Positions 27,101-48,491 of a stretch of DNA of 64,000 nt are shown here, piece after piece (within the stretch, counting starts at the first letter, position 1; each line of letters opens with the position of its first letter). The position numbers and the translations under genes were made by a program. Origin of the DNA: Chrysomallon squamiferum (taxonomy: Eukaryota > Animalia > Mollusca); the NCBI GenBank assembly GCA_012295275.1, contig CM022666.1, forward strand, positions 6,200,001 through 6,264,000. Reading direction: 5' to 3'. The notes under the pieces are model-generated. The model did not search any database, was not told the DNA's origin, and saw only the letters and a program-made list of their open reading frames with translations.

Positions 27101-27299
27101 GTTACTACTAATATTAACATTATTACCTTCGACATATCGATACTGATATTTACTACTGCATTTACTACACGTTACAACTAGTACTAACATTTTTACTATA
27201 TGTTACTACTAGTACCAATATTTTTACTCACGATAAATTAAAACTGAAATTTATATTTTGATTCACTGGAGGTTAATACTAACATTACCATTTTTACAT

Positions 27300-27678
27300 G
27301 TGTTGTGTTGTGCTCGCGTTTTGTGCAGTAGTTTGCCAAATTTCTTATTTTCTGGCCATGGATTCTGAGTGAAAAGGACAGTGCTGAGAAGAAGAAACGG
27401 ATGATTTCCATTGAATTAAAGCTCGAATTCATAGAAAAACATGAGCGAGGTGTGCATGTAGTCGATTTGGCTACTTTATATTTGTAGTTTATAAATAAAT
27501 ATTTATTATTTGAAAGCACATTACATAACAAAGGAAAAAAGGTGTTTGGGGGGGTGGCTGGAACGGATTAATGGTATTTCAGTTAACTTCAGTTGGCAGA
27601 ATTGATTTGATATACAATCAAATTGAGATGCGAGCTCGGTCGCGGAACGACTTAAACTCGTAAGTCAAGGTACCACTG
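27300..27678 (+). mobile_element. Tigger/pogo-like element, left-truncated (other partial copies at about 9628-9985, 25936-26110 and, inverted, 6415-6673)
   Basis: Right TIR actcgtaagtcaaggtaccactg followed by TA, plus the HTH relic. The inverted copy retains a clean TA+cagtggtacctcgaattacgagt end at 6673. Confidence 0.75.
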
Positions 27679-27769
27679 TACTTATATTTGATTTACTATA
27701 GGTTACTTCTGCTATTAAAATTTTCACTTAATCTTGTCGATTACAAATATTTATAGTCAACAATTCAAG

Positions 27770-30549
<2,780 letters not shown>

Positions 30550-31600
30550 CTGAGAAATAAAATTTTAGTGATGTATATAATCTATTACTTGATGTCTTTA
30601 AAAAAGAAGCTCCAAAAAAGAAAACAGAGTGTAATAAGTGATAGTATTCATAGTATTAGTAGGTCAGTAAGAGCTGTAGTAGTAGTAGTAGATCAGTAAA
30701 AGTAAAAGTAGTAGCAGCACTAGTAGCACTATCAGTAGTAGTTCAAGAAGCATTTCTAGTTAACGTACAGGAGGATATTCAAGAGCAACAGTAACAGTAT
30801 TAGTAGCAGTACAATAGCAGTAGTAGTAGCAGTAATAGTAGCAGTAACAGTGGAAATACACGAGTAAGAGAATTATAGCAGTGGTAGTAGTAGTAGAAGT
30901 AGTAGTAGAAGAAGAGCAACAAAAATAAAGGTAAAGCAGCAATAGTATCACTAGTAATGCAGCAACATCCGCTGAAGTATTAATGATAATAACAGTAGGG
31001 GAAGTGTACACATATTGAACCTGTACCTCTAATGAACCTCTGGCACTTCTCAGCCTCTGGTTGTTTGATCGCAGTTTTGCCACTACTGTGTGATACCTCG
31101 GTCTACATTGTGCATTTTGTGATATTAAAGATAGCGGAAGGTCAACCAAGGCGAAAAATGAAAATTCTTATTTCGCCCATGTCGGTGTAACTGTTTGCTA
31201 TTTTTGACGGTGTGTAGAACTGGTGTGCATGTAGGTGCATGTGTAGGATATTACATAATTGTCGGTTAGGAGATAGTGGTGGCATATGAGGATCGAAACT
31301 GTTAAATTTCACACCTCCTTTCGAAAAATTATAAGCGAGAATTTTTACATGTAATGCACTATACTGATCCACCACACCTGGTGTGTTGACTAAATATAAC
31401 TAAATATAATTTATTAATTTATTTATAATGCATTTTCAAAAGACGAAATTATCTGTAATTTCTATTTATAATAACGAGGGACAGACTAGCAGAAAACCAG
31501 TAGAGACAAAAGAACAAAACAAATAAAAATAAACAAAATGCAGTCACCAGTTTAAACAAAATAAATTAAAATAAATTAAAATAAAATAAATAAAAGAAAA

Positions 31601-31708
31601 CTTCGTGAACCTGCTGGTAGAACACATTTTGCTGGAGCTGATACAGCGACTGAGTGGGTGGGGTACATGGAGGGAGCCGTTCAGGCTGGGGAGAGAGCAG
31701 CAAGAGAA
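31601..31708 (+). pseudogene. Orphan inverted copy of MAO exon 12
   Basis: [36 protein letters not shown] followed by donor gtgagggtcagattgatt and a (GA)n tract, as in the MAO intron next to 51883. The acceptor is missing. Confidence 0.92.
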
Positions 31709-31730
31709 GTGAGGGTCAGATTGATTACTC

Positions 31731-31806
<76 letters not shown>

Positions 31807-32150
31807 AAATATATTTGCAATTTTTCATTTTCAAGATAATAATAATAATAATAGTAGTAGTAGTAAACAGCCACAGCAACGATAACTACTACTGTCGTGA
31901 TGAACAAACAAGCATAGTTTTTTCGTCGTTTTCAGACTGAACATTTCTAATAAAGGGACGCAACCGTCTTCGGTTCGACCTTAAGAACATTTCACCCATT
32001 TGTTTGTTAATACTTCATAATGTTTGTGATAAGCTACGTAAATATGTGGGTGAGAGTGTACAGATATCAACAGACATGTTTTGTCCGGTTCCCGTATCAG
32101 TTATTCGTTTCCAAATAAATGTGCATTTTCGTTTGGGTTTTTTGTTGTTG

Positions 32151-32218
<68 letters not shown>

Positions 32219-32490
32219 TATATATAAATATTGGATCATGTTCATACAAATAAGATAGGTCTTCTTCATAATTAAACATTGGTTCCTGTTCATTCGAATA
32301 TAACTATTTTATTAAAGAAATTTGTCGACTGTTATTCTAACCTAAAATTTTAATCATTATGTTATATGTATATATTAACAAGAAAATTAATTTATTTATA
32401 CAAAAAAAAGTCTGTTTTGTTTCTTTCTTTTAAAGTGGAACGGTAACGATATTTTACGATTTATAATTAGTCCTTCCAATTGCCAAAAAA

Positions 32491-32547
<57 letters not shown>

Positions 32548-34208
32548 TGTTTAATCGTAACAAACTTTAATTCCACGCATATTCTGACGTCATCACATTT
32601 ATTGTTAATCTATAGTACACTGCTATCACAGATGCAGACAATTATAATCTTGAATAGGTAGAACGCTGTTAAAATAATTATATGCTAAATGGATATCTTT
32701 GTTGTGTGCATGTGTGTGTGTTGGTTTCTTTTAGTAAATACGTATTTATCTTGGATTATGATTTGGATATGTGTGTGTGTGTGTATCTCTTTTACACGTT
32801 TTTTTCTATCTGTCTCTCTTTCAAAATATACATCAAAGTAAGTTATTAAGTCTGCTACAGTTTACACTGTAAAGAAGATTGTCAAGTTTGCGATTCAGAA
32901 ATACCAGTCATGTTGTCCAGTGCTCATATAAGAGTATTTTTGTAAGCAACTTTATTTGTGTGTGTGTGTGTGAGTGAGTGTTTAGTATTAAATAAACATT
33001 AAATTTATTTAAAAGATTGTGGATATATCGTACATGCCTGTTATTCTATATTTATCCACCAGGATGTAAAGTATTACATGTTTACATACATTTCATTGGT
33101 TGTTTATTTCAGCAGATAAGGACTGTAAATATTAACACAAGTACCTTCAGAATACATAATATATACATTAAACGATTGCTGTTATTAGTCATATTTCTCT
33201 GCTGGTTTGTGGTCGAAGCTGGACATATTTACCGGGCTAAAAGATCAGGTGAGAAATTAGAGAAGTCTTTGTTTTTCACATGAATGCTAGTATTTAGTAT
33301 ATTCTCGATTTAATATAGTTCAAAGAGAGAAAACTTAAATCTGGCAGACTAATTTCTTTAGGTCAAAAGTGAGGCGCTTAATCGATATTCTGTGTAAAGT
33401 GGATAATACTGGAGTGTTGCTAGATAGGCTGTTTATTTATTTATTTATTTATTTATTTATTGTGACGGTAGCTGTTGATAAAACACAGCCATATTTTATC
33501 CGTAGTTCTTGTCGATTAGGCATTACAGTGAAGAATATCAGAATATTTTTGAATTGAATTTACTGTTTAGTATAACCTTCTTTAGATCGATCAATTTCGA
33601 GTTGGCTGACAACAAAGATATTCACAAATAATTATGAACACCACTGAGGTCATTTAGTGACCTCTGTTGTTATCGATTAGGCATTACAGTGAAGAATATA
33701 AGAATATTTTTGAATGGAATTTAATGTTTGATATTAACTTTCTTTAGATCGCTCAGTTTCGAATTGGAGGACAAGAAATATAGTCACCAACAATTATGAG
33801 CACCACTGAGGTCATTTACTGACCTCGGTTGTTACGTGTGCACCTGAACACGATCAGTCTATTGATATAAAGCAGTGAAACGATTGTCCTAGAAAGAAAA
33901 GAAATAAACCACACCCAGTATCTAATCTGACCATTACGTGGCGTCGAGCATATTTATAGTTAAGAATGCAGATAAGAAATCTATATTTATACCCGACGGT
34001 ATTTTAGTTTTTTTCTGTTTTTTTTTTTTTGTTTTCTTTCTTTTGTTGGCGGTGATGTTGATGTTATTTGATTAGCAGGAAGGGACATTTTTTCATACAC
34101 CTTCCCATAGACACGAACATATCATTTTTTCTGATGAGCTTGTTGAGTCCGGTTTATTCATAACACATACGTACATATCGTTAGTGTTGTTCTTTGTGCC
34201 TGTGCGTC

Positions 34209-34286
<78 letters not shown>

Positions 34287-34410
34287 CGCGTGTGTTAGGG
34301 TTATTTATTATATTTTATTACTTTTTATTTTATTTCATTTTGTTTTATGTCTTATTTTATTTTTGCTTCTTTATTTATTATTTCGTTTTCTTTCTCACTG
34401 AAGAATCTCC

Positions 34411-36308
<1,898 letters not shown>

Positions 36309-37037
36309 ATAATGCAGACTGCGAGTTTCTACAAGGAAAATAATAATGTAGAATGTGAACGTCTGTTTTATCAAGAATAATGTACACTGAATTTCTGTGA
36401 TAAAATATGAATAAAGTAGATAGTGACTATCTTTTATTAAATTATGAATAATAAAGACTGATTTTCTCTTATAAAATGTGATTAATGTAGACTGTGAGTG
36501 GTTATATTTTATTAAATCTATCATTGTATTGTTTAAATAATTTTAAATAGTTGATAATGAATATCTATTATATAGTAGAATGATAATTTGTGCTCTAAAT
36601 ACTGTAGCCTATGAATGTCTTTGCTATTCCTATCTGAACAATGCAGGCTGATTGTCGTGACTAGAAAGTGGAAACGTCAATATCTGTAACATTTGAATAA
36701 TGATGACTGTTAAAGTCTGATTTTGTCGTATTTGAATAACATTGATACATGCATACAAACAAGCGTACACACAAGATTATAAGCAGACAGACAGAGAGAC
36801 AGACGCATAAATATACTAATCACATTCAAGTAACAACTACGTAGTTATCGTTATACTCCATTTATTTTCCCTGATCTTTTCACTACTTAGACGTGAAACA
36901 CACACAGACACACACAGACAGGCATATACATCTGTATGTGTCTTCTTCTTCTGAGCATTTTTTTTTATCTTTTGTAAGAAGCACTGGCATCTCAACTTTG
37001 CTGCACGCGGAATCCCTTGAGAAGAGATGAAACTTTG

Positions 37038-37062
37038 CTGTAACACATTTAAAACCATACTT

Positions 37063-37098
<36 letters not shown>

Positions 37099-37123
37099 AA
37101 GTATGGTTTTAAATGTGTTACAG
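37038..37123. repeat. Perfect 86-bp palindrome, same arms with a longer (TA)n centre
   Basis: The 28-bp arms are identical to those at 2368-2437; it ends at the acceptor AG of the copy 3 CARD exon. Confidence 0.95.
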
Positions 37124-37939
37124 TTAACACTGATTCCAAGGCCTGTCATGTTAGGGATGCAGAAATGTCAGCCTTACTAGAAAGGTCTGACTCCGCAAAA
37201 CCTGCGAAGAAGCTGGTTGAACCAGAGAAACGAAATCTGCCTGACGTTTGTCCAGCTGAAAGCGAAAAACAGTCGCTGTTTGAGACGTACATCCGGCCAA
37301 AGAACAAAGAGTTTGTTGAAACAATGGAGCCAGATGGCGTCCTTGATTATCTTTATCAAGAGAGGGTCGTTAACAGTGAACAGATGGAAGACATTAGAAG
37401 AACGTAGCCCGGCAGGTAGGAACAGGAAAATCCTCAGCGTTTTAAAAGACAGTCCCAATGAGGTGCAGAAATTCAAACAAGCTTTAATAAGTTCCTGTCA
37501 GGAACATGTGTCTGAGCTCATAATCTGTGATACCAGGGCCTTTCATGTTAATCATTCAGAAATGTCAGCCTTACCAATAAGAGGTTTCTCCCCAAAACCT
37601 GCGAAGAAGCTGGTTGAACCAGAGAAACGAAATCTGACTGACGTTAGTCCAGCTGAAAGCGAAAAACAGTCGCTGTTTGAGACGTACATCCGGCCAAAGT
37701 ACACAGAGTTTGTACAAAAAATGGAGCCAGATCGCGTCCTTGATTATCTTTATCAAGCGAGGGTCGTTAACAGTGAACAGATGGAAGACATTACAAGTGA
37801 ACGTTGCCCGGCAGGTAGGAACAGGAAAATCCTCAGCGTTATAAACCAATGTCCCAATGGTGAGCAGAAATTCAAACAAGCTTTAATAGATGCCAGTCAG
37901 AAAGATCTGTCTGAGTTGATACTCTGTGATGGCAACTAA
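37124..37939 (+). pseudogene. NHR-CARD family copy 3: one exon with two tandem CARDs, the first frameshifted
   Basis: Two head-to-tail CARD-exon copies are fused in frame at about 37530 (ELIICD|TRAFHVNHSEMSALP). CARD1 has a 2-nt deletion at about 37400 (attagaag-aacg versus attagaagtgaacg in copy 1). CARD2 is open to TAA at 37939. This copy has no exon A. Confidence 0.8.
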
Positions 37940-39526
37940 ATAATGCAGACTGTGAATTTCTACAAGCAAAATATTAATAATGTAGAATGTGAACATCTGT
38001 TACTATATCAAGAATAACGTATGCTGAATTTCTCTGATAAAATATGAATAACGTGGATTCTGACTCTCTGTTATTAAATTATGAATAATAAAGACTGATT
38101 TTCTCTTATAAAATATTAATAATGTAGATTGTGTATGTTTATATTTTATTAAATCTATCATTGTATTGTCTAAATAATTTTAAATAGTTGATAATGAATA
38201 TCTATTATATAGTAGAATAATAATTTGTGCTCTGAATACTGTGGCCTATGAATGCCTTTGATATTCCAATTTGAACAATGCAGACTGAATGTCGCGACAA
38301 GGAAGTGCAAACGTCAATATCTGTAACATTTGAATAATGACGACTATTAACGACTCATATAGTCGTATATAATAATGTTGTTTGTGAAAGTCTTATACAG
38401 TGATATTTGAATAATGACGACTGTTAAAGTCTGATATTGTGATATTTGAATAATGTTTTTAAAGTCTGGCATACTGATATTTAAATAATGTTGTTGATAT
38501 AAGTCTGATATTTGGATAAATATTGTTAATAGAATATCAATGTCTGAGATACCTGAATAATGTAAATTGTAAATATCAGGCATAGCTTTTGAATACTGTA
38601 GACTGTCAATATCTGTGTTATCTGAATAATGTAGAATTTGGATATAATAGGATCTAAATATATTTAAATGTCTTTGATGTTTGAATAATGTAAATTATAA
38701 ATATTATGAGTAGCATCAGAATACTGTATACTATGTGCTAATGTTATGTACTTACTGTGTAATATAAAATTTACAATTGTATCAGCATTATCTTATTAAT
38801 TAAAAAGTAATTAAAATCATTATTTTAATCGAGAATTTTATGCTGATGTTTTGCTGTTGAAGATTAAATAACGATATAACAAAGGGTTACTTATAATGTA
38901 ATCAGATGTTTTATATTTTACTTAAAATACTTATTTATGGCATTGTCATTAAGATTTTCTATTTATTTTTGTAATACCAATTATTTATAGTCAGTGTTTT
39001 TTTTAATTATCTGTGAAACTGATGTTCACTGTCAGTAGTTGTAGTAATACTTATATATAATCTAGACACATAGTAATATATGATTTTTCCAACAAATTTA
39101 GCTTTCTCTGTTTAGCAAGAACTTTGAAATAGATGCTTAGCCAAAAAACTTAAGAACGAGTTATCTATTCAGATTTTTATATATGCAGCCTGTAAAATGT
39201 TACTATGCATCACTATATTAAACTATTTTGTTATGTTCCATGATTATATAAAATAAAATATTTCATAATATTTTTATGTCTTTTTCTTTTCCGTTTCATT
39301 TTATTTTATTTCATGTTGTGGGTTAAAAGATAAGACGGTTTGTGATGATGAAGAAATATTTGAAAATGTCAAATGATAAAAAAATTCTATTATTTTAAAT
39401 GAAATTATTTTTTATAATTATTATATTTTTGCATAAGTTAACTTATTAGTGACTTATTTTTAAATTACTGGTTAATTATCTTTGAATTTTTAAACAAACA
39501 AACAAAAGGCTTCTTACTAGTGCTAA

Positions 39527-39574
<48 letters not shown>

Positions 39575-39857
39575 TTATTTTATTTTTTACTGTCCGGTAT
39601 CAATGCGCGAACAGGCTCAGTAGACTAGTGGTCAGCAAACTGGACATTAGTGTGACCACTGCTTCTGACTGACCTCGGTGGGCACCTGGTCTCTTTGGAC
39701 CGATGGGTGGGCGTACAATTCCGGTGCAGCAAAATTTTCGGGCGTTTGTCGAAACTTGTTAGTTACGGAAGAACTATCCACGAAAATATCGACACAAATT
39801 GTATGGAGAGACAGAGGGAGATTAAAAGACAAAACAAAACTGCAGTGACCGGTTCAG

Positions 39858-40026
39858 GTCCTCTGCAAACTTGGTTTCATTCAGGAATCAGAGACATGAC
39901 AGAAAGAACAAGTCCTTGAAAATTATTCACAAACTAAAACCTGGACGAACAAGACACTTCCATCGATCACCAGTCTTCTACTGACGCTGGGTTTCCTTTT
40001 ATTGTCTGTTGCAACAAGCTCTGTAG
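39858..40026 (+). pseudogene. MAO-like terminal exon copy with an internal TGA
   Basis: VLCKLGFIQESET*QKEQ...KTWTNKTLPSITSLLLTLGFL; paralog of 46411-46599. Confidence 0.72.
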
Positions 40027-40581
40027 CTTATATATTCTTTTCATAATAATAACAACACCAACAGTAACGATAACTACTACTGTCGTGATGAACAAACAAG
40101 CATAGTTTTTCCGTCGTTTTCAGACAGAAAATTTCTAATAAAGGGACGCAACCGCCTTGGGTTCGATCTTAAGAAGATTTCACCAATTTCTTTGTTAATA
40201 CTTCATAATGTTTGTGAAAAGCTACGTAAATACGTGGATGAGTGTGTTCAGATATGAACAGACATGTTTTGTCCGATTCACGTATCAGTTATTAGTTTGC
40301 AAATAAATGTTAGGTCTTCTTCATAATTAAATATTGGATCCTGTTCATTCGAATATAACTATTTTATTAAAGAAATTTGTTTACCATTATTCTAAGCTAA
40401 AATTTCGATCATCATGTTATATGTATATATGAATAAGAAAATAAATGTATTTATATAAAAAATCTGTTTTGTTTCGTTCTTTTAAATTGGAACAGTATCA
40501 ATATTTTACGATTTATAATTAGTCCTTCCAATTGCCAAAAGACATTATTATTAATATTATTATTTATATTATTATTATTAT

Positions 40582-40619
<38 letters not shown>

Positions 40620-40720
40620 TTGCTCTGGTTGTTACTGTTATCATCATCGACATCATTATTATTGTTGTTGTTTTCGTCGTCGTTGTTGCTGTTATTATAA
40701 TCATGGTCATCATGATCATG

Positions 40721-40771
<51 letters not shown>

Positions 40772-41526
40772 GTTTAATCGTAACAAACTTTAATTCCACA
40801 CATATTCCGACGTCATCACATTTATTGGTAATCTACAGTACACTTTTTTCAAAGATGCAGACAATTATAATCTTGAATAGTTAGAACGCGGTAAAAATAA
40901 ATATATGCTAAGTGTGCATATTTGTTGGGTGCATACGTGTGTGTATGTTTTTTTAGTAACTGCGTATTTATCTTGGATTATGATTTGTATATGTGTGTGT
41001 TTATCTCTTTTACTCGTTTCTTTCTATATGTCTCTCTTTCAAAATGTACAACAAAGTAGGTTATTAAATTTGTTACAGTTTACACTGTATAGAAGACATG
41101 TCACTTTTGCGATTTAGAAATACTAGCCAGGTTATTCTATATTTATCCACCAGGATGTAAAGTATTACATATTTACATTCATTTCATTGGTAGCAGATAA
41201 GGACTGTAAATATTAACACAAGTATCTTCAGAATACATAATATATACATTAAACGATTGCTGTTATTAGTCATATTTTTCTGCTGGTTTGTGGTCGAAGC
41301 TGGACATATTTACCGGGCTAAAAGATCAGGTGAGAAATTAGAGAAGTCTTTTGTTTTTGACATGAATGCTAGTATTTAGTATATTCTCGATTGAACAATT
41401 TAGTTAATATAGTTCGAAGACAGAGAACTAAAATCTGGCGGATTATTTCCTTTAGGTCAATAGTGAGGCGCTTAATCGATATTCAGTGTAAAGTGGATAA
41501 TACTGGAGTGTTGCTAGATAGGCTGT

Positions 41527-41557
<31 letters not shown>

Positions 41558-42156
41558 TTGTAACGGTAGCTGTTGTTAAAACACAGCCATATTTTATCCG
41601 CAGTTCCTGACGATTAGATATTACACTGAAGAATATCTGAATATTTTTCACTGCAATTTAATGTTTGGTATAACCTTTTTTTGATCGCTCAGTTTCGAGT
41701 TGGCTGACAACAAACATATTCACCAATAATTATGTGTACCAGAGTTGTCATCTCGTGATCTTTCTTGTTACAGGTGGACTTCAACACGATCACTCTCTCT
41801 ACATAAAGCAGTGAAACGACTGTCCTAGAAAGAAGAGAAATAAACCACACCCAGTATTTAATCTGACTATTACGTGCTGTCGAGCATATTTACGGTTAAG
41901 AATACGGATAAGAAATCTGATGTTTATACCCGATGGTATTTTAGTCTTTTATTCTGGTTGTCTTTTTGTTGTTTCTTTATGATGTTTTTTGTTCTTTCTT
42001 TTGTTGACGGTGATGTTGATGTTGTTTGAGTAGCAGGAAGGGACATTTTTTAATACACCTTCCCATAGATTCGAAAATATCATTTTTTTTTCTGATGAGC
42101 TTGTTGAGTCCCGTTTATTCATAACACATACGTACATATTGTTAGCGTTCTTCTTC

Positions 42157-42196
<40 letters not shown>

Positions 42197-42334
42197 CGCG
42201 CGTGTGTGTTGGGGTTATTTATTATATTTTACTATATTTTATTACTTCTTATTTTATTTCATTTTGTTTTATGTCTTATTTTATTTTTGCTTCTTTATTT
42301 ATTATTTCGTTTTCTTTCTCACTGAAGAATCTCC

Positions 42335-44840
<2,506 letters not shown>

Positions 44841-46088
44841 ATAAGGCAGACTGTGAGTTCCTACAAGCAAAATATTAATAATGTAGAATTTTAACATCTG
44901 TTATTATATTAAGAATAATGTAGGCTGAATTCCTCTGATAAAATATGAATAACGTGGATTGTGACCATCTGTTATTAAATTACTAATAATGTCGTATATA
45001 ATAATGTTGTTTGTGAATATAAATTGTGAATAGAATATCAATTTCTGTGATAACTGAATAATGTAAATTGTAAATATCACGCATAGCTTTTGAATACTGT
45101 AGAATGTCAATATCTGTGATATCTGAATAATGTAGAATGTGGATATAATAGGATCTAAAGACATTTAAATGTCTTTGATATTTGAATAATGTAAATCATA
45201 AATGTCATATCAGAATACTGTATACATTATGCTAATACTATATACTTAATGTATAATATACAATCTGTATGTAGATATTTACAATTGTATCAGCATTATC
45301 TTGTTTATTAAATAATAATTAAAATCATTATTTTTAGCGAGAATTTCATGCTGATTTTTTGCTGTTGAAGATTAAACAATGATAAAACAAAGGGGTACTT
45401 GTAATCAGATGTTTTATATTTTACTTAAAATAATTAATTATCGCATTGTCTTTAAGATTTTCTATTTATTTTTGTAATACCAATTATGGCATTGTCACTA
45501 AGATTTTATATTTATTTTTGTAATACCAGTTATTTATAGTCAGTGTTGTTTTATTATGTGTGATACTGATGGTCACTGTCACTAGTTGTAGTAATATTTA
45601 TATATAATCTAGACACATAGTAATAGATGATTTTTCCAATAAATTTAGTTTTCTCAGTTTCGCATGAACTTTGAAATTGCTGCTTAGCTAAAAAAATTAA
45701 GAATGAGTTATCTATTCAGATTTTTCTATATGCAGACTGTAAAAATTTACTATGAATAACTATATTCAACTATATTGTTATGTTCTATGATTATTTAAAA
45801 TAAAAGAATTCATTATTATTTAATTATATTTTTCTTTCTTTTTCATTTCTGTTTTATTTTGTTTTACTTTATGTTCTGGGTTAGAAGATAATAATACGGT
45901 TTGTAATCATAAAGAAATATTTGAAAATTGAAATGATAAAAAGAAATTATAATTATTTTAAATGATGTTATTTTATAATTATTATTCTTTCGCATAAGTT
46001 ATCTTATTACTGACTTATTTTTAAATTACTGGTTAATTATCTTTGAATTTTTAAACAAAGAAACAAAAGATTTCTTACTACTGATAAA

Positions 46089-46136
<48 letters not shown>

Positions 46137-46410
46137 TAATTTTTCACTGTCCGGTATCAATGCGCGAACATTCTCAGTAGACGAGTGGTCAGCAATCTGG
46201 ACATCAGTGTGACCACTGCTTCTGACTGACCTCGGTGGGCACCTGATCTCTTTGGAGCGAAGGCTGGACATCAGATTTCTCTGCAGCAAAACTGGCGGGT
46301 GTTTGTCCAAACTTGTTAGTTACGGCTGAACTATCCATGAAAATATCGACACAAATTGAAATTAATAGCGAGTATTGAGAGACAAAACAAAACTGCAGTG
46401 ACCGGTTCAG

Positions 46411-46599
46411 GTCCTCTGCAAAATTGGTTTCGTTCAGGAATCAGAGACACGACAGAAAGAACAAGTCTGGGAAAATCATTCACAAACTAAAACCTGGACG
46501 AACAAGACACTTCCATCGATCACCAGTTTTCTACTGACACTGGGTTTTCTTTTAGCATCTCTTGCAACAAGTTCTATAGCTTATATATTCTTTTCATAA
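46411..46599 (+). pseudogene. Diverged MAO-like terminal (tail-anchor) exon, frame open
   Basis: After cag|: VLCKIGFVQESETRQKEQVWENHSQTKTWTNKTLPSITSFLLTLGFLLASLATSSIAYIFFS*. This aligns with MAO exon 13 ([17 protein letters not shown]...[31 protein letters not shown]) and has the same phase-0 start. Confidence 0.75.
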
Positions 46600-47131
46600 T
46601 AATAACAACACCAACAGCAACGATAACTACTACTGTCGTGATGAACAAACAAGCATAGTTTTTCCGTCGTTTTCAGACTCAAAATTTCGAATAAAGGGAT
46701 GCAACCGCCTTGGGTTCGATCTTAAGAACATTTCACCCATTTGTTTGTTAATACTTCATAATGTTTGTGAAAAGCTACGTAAATACGTGGATGAGTGTGT
46801 TCAGATATGAACAGACATGTTTTGTCCGATTCACGTATCAGTTATTAGTTTGCAAATAAATGTTAGGTCTTCTTCATAATTAAATATTGGATCCTGTTCA
46901 TTCGAATATAACTATTTTATTAAAGAAATTTGTTTACCATTATTCTAAGCTAAAATTTCGATCATCATGTTATATGTATATATGAATAAGAAAATAAATG
47001 TATTTATATAAAAAATCTGTTTTGTTTCGTTCTTTTAAATTGGAACAGTATCAATATTTTACGATTTATAATTAGTCCTTCCAATTGCCAAAAGACATTA
47101 TTATTAATATTATTATTTATATTATTATTAT

Positions 47132-47166
<35 letters not shown>

Positions 47167-47267
47167 TTGCTCTGGTTGTTACTGTTATCATCATCGACAT
47201 CATTATTATTGTTGTTGTTTTCGTCGTCGTTGTTGCTGTTATTATAATCATGGTCATCATGATCATG

Positions 47268-47323
<56 letters not shown>

Positions 47324-48491
47324 TGTTTAATCGTAACAAACTTTAATTCCACACATATTCCGACGTCATCACATTTATTGGTAATCTACAGTACACTTTT
47401 TTCAAAGATGCAGACAATTATAATCTTGAATAGTTAGAACGCGGTAAAAATAAATATATGCTAAGTGTGCATATTTGTTGGGTGCATACCTATGTGTATG
47501 TTTTTCTAGTAACTGCGTATTTATCTTGGATTATGATTTGTATATGTATGTGTTTATCTCTTTTACTCGTTTCTTTCTATATGTCTCTCTTTCAAAATGT
47601 ACAACAAAGTAGGTTATTAAATTTGTTACAGTTTACACTGTATAGAAGACTTGTCATTTTTGCGATTTAGAAATACTAGCCAGGTTATTCTATATTTATC
47701 CACCAGGATGTAAAGTATTACATATTTACATTCATTTCATTGGTTCTTTATTTCAGCAGATAAGCACTGTCAATATTAACACAAGTATCTTCAGAATACA
47801 TAATATATACATTACACGATTAGTGTTATTCGTCATATTTCTCTGCTGGTTTGTGATCGAAGCTGGACATATTTACCGGGCTAAAAGATCAGGTGAGAAA
47901 TTAGAGAAGTCTTTTGTTTTTGACATGAATGCTAGTATTTAATATATTCTCGATTTAACAATTTAGTTAATATAGTTCGAAGACAGAGAACTAAAATCTG
48001 GCGGATTATTTCCTTTAGGTCAAAAGTGAAGCGCTTAATCGATATTCAGTGTAAAGTGGATAATACTGGAGTGTTGCTAGATAGGCTGTTTATTTATTTA
48101 TTTATTTATTTATTGTAACGGTAGCTGTTGTTAAAACACAGCCATATTTTATCCGCAGTTCCTGACGATTAGGTATTACACTGAAGAATGTCTGAATATT
48201 TTTCAAAGCAATTTAATGTTTGGTATAACCTTTTCTTGATCGCTCAGTTTCGAGTTGCCTGAGAACAAACATATTCACCAATAATTATGTGTACCATTTT
48301 TTTCTGATGAGCTTGTTGAGTCCGGTTTATTCATAACACACCCGTACATATTGTTAGTGTTCTTCTTCGTGTGTGTGTGTGTGTGTGTGTCCGTGCGTGC
48401 GCGCGCGCGCCCGCGCGTATGTTGGGGTTATTTATTATATTTTATTATATTTTATTACTTTTTATTTTATTTCATTTTGTTTTCATTCGGA

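Noticed and set aside
31141-31390. Unique block bounded by gtcaac...gttgac as a transposon
   Set aside because: A 6-bp inverted match is too short, with no target-site duplication or second copy in the window.
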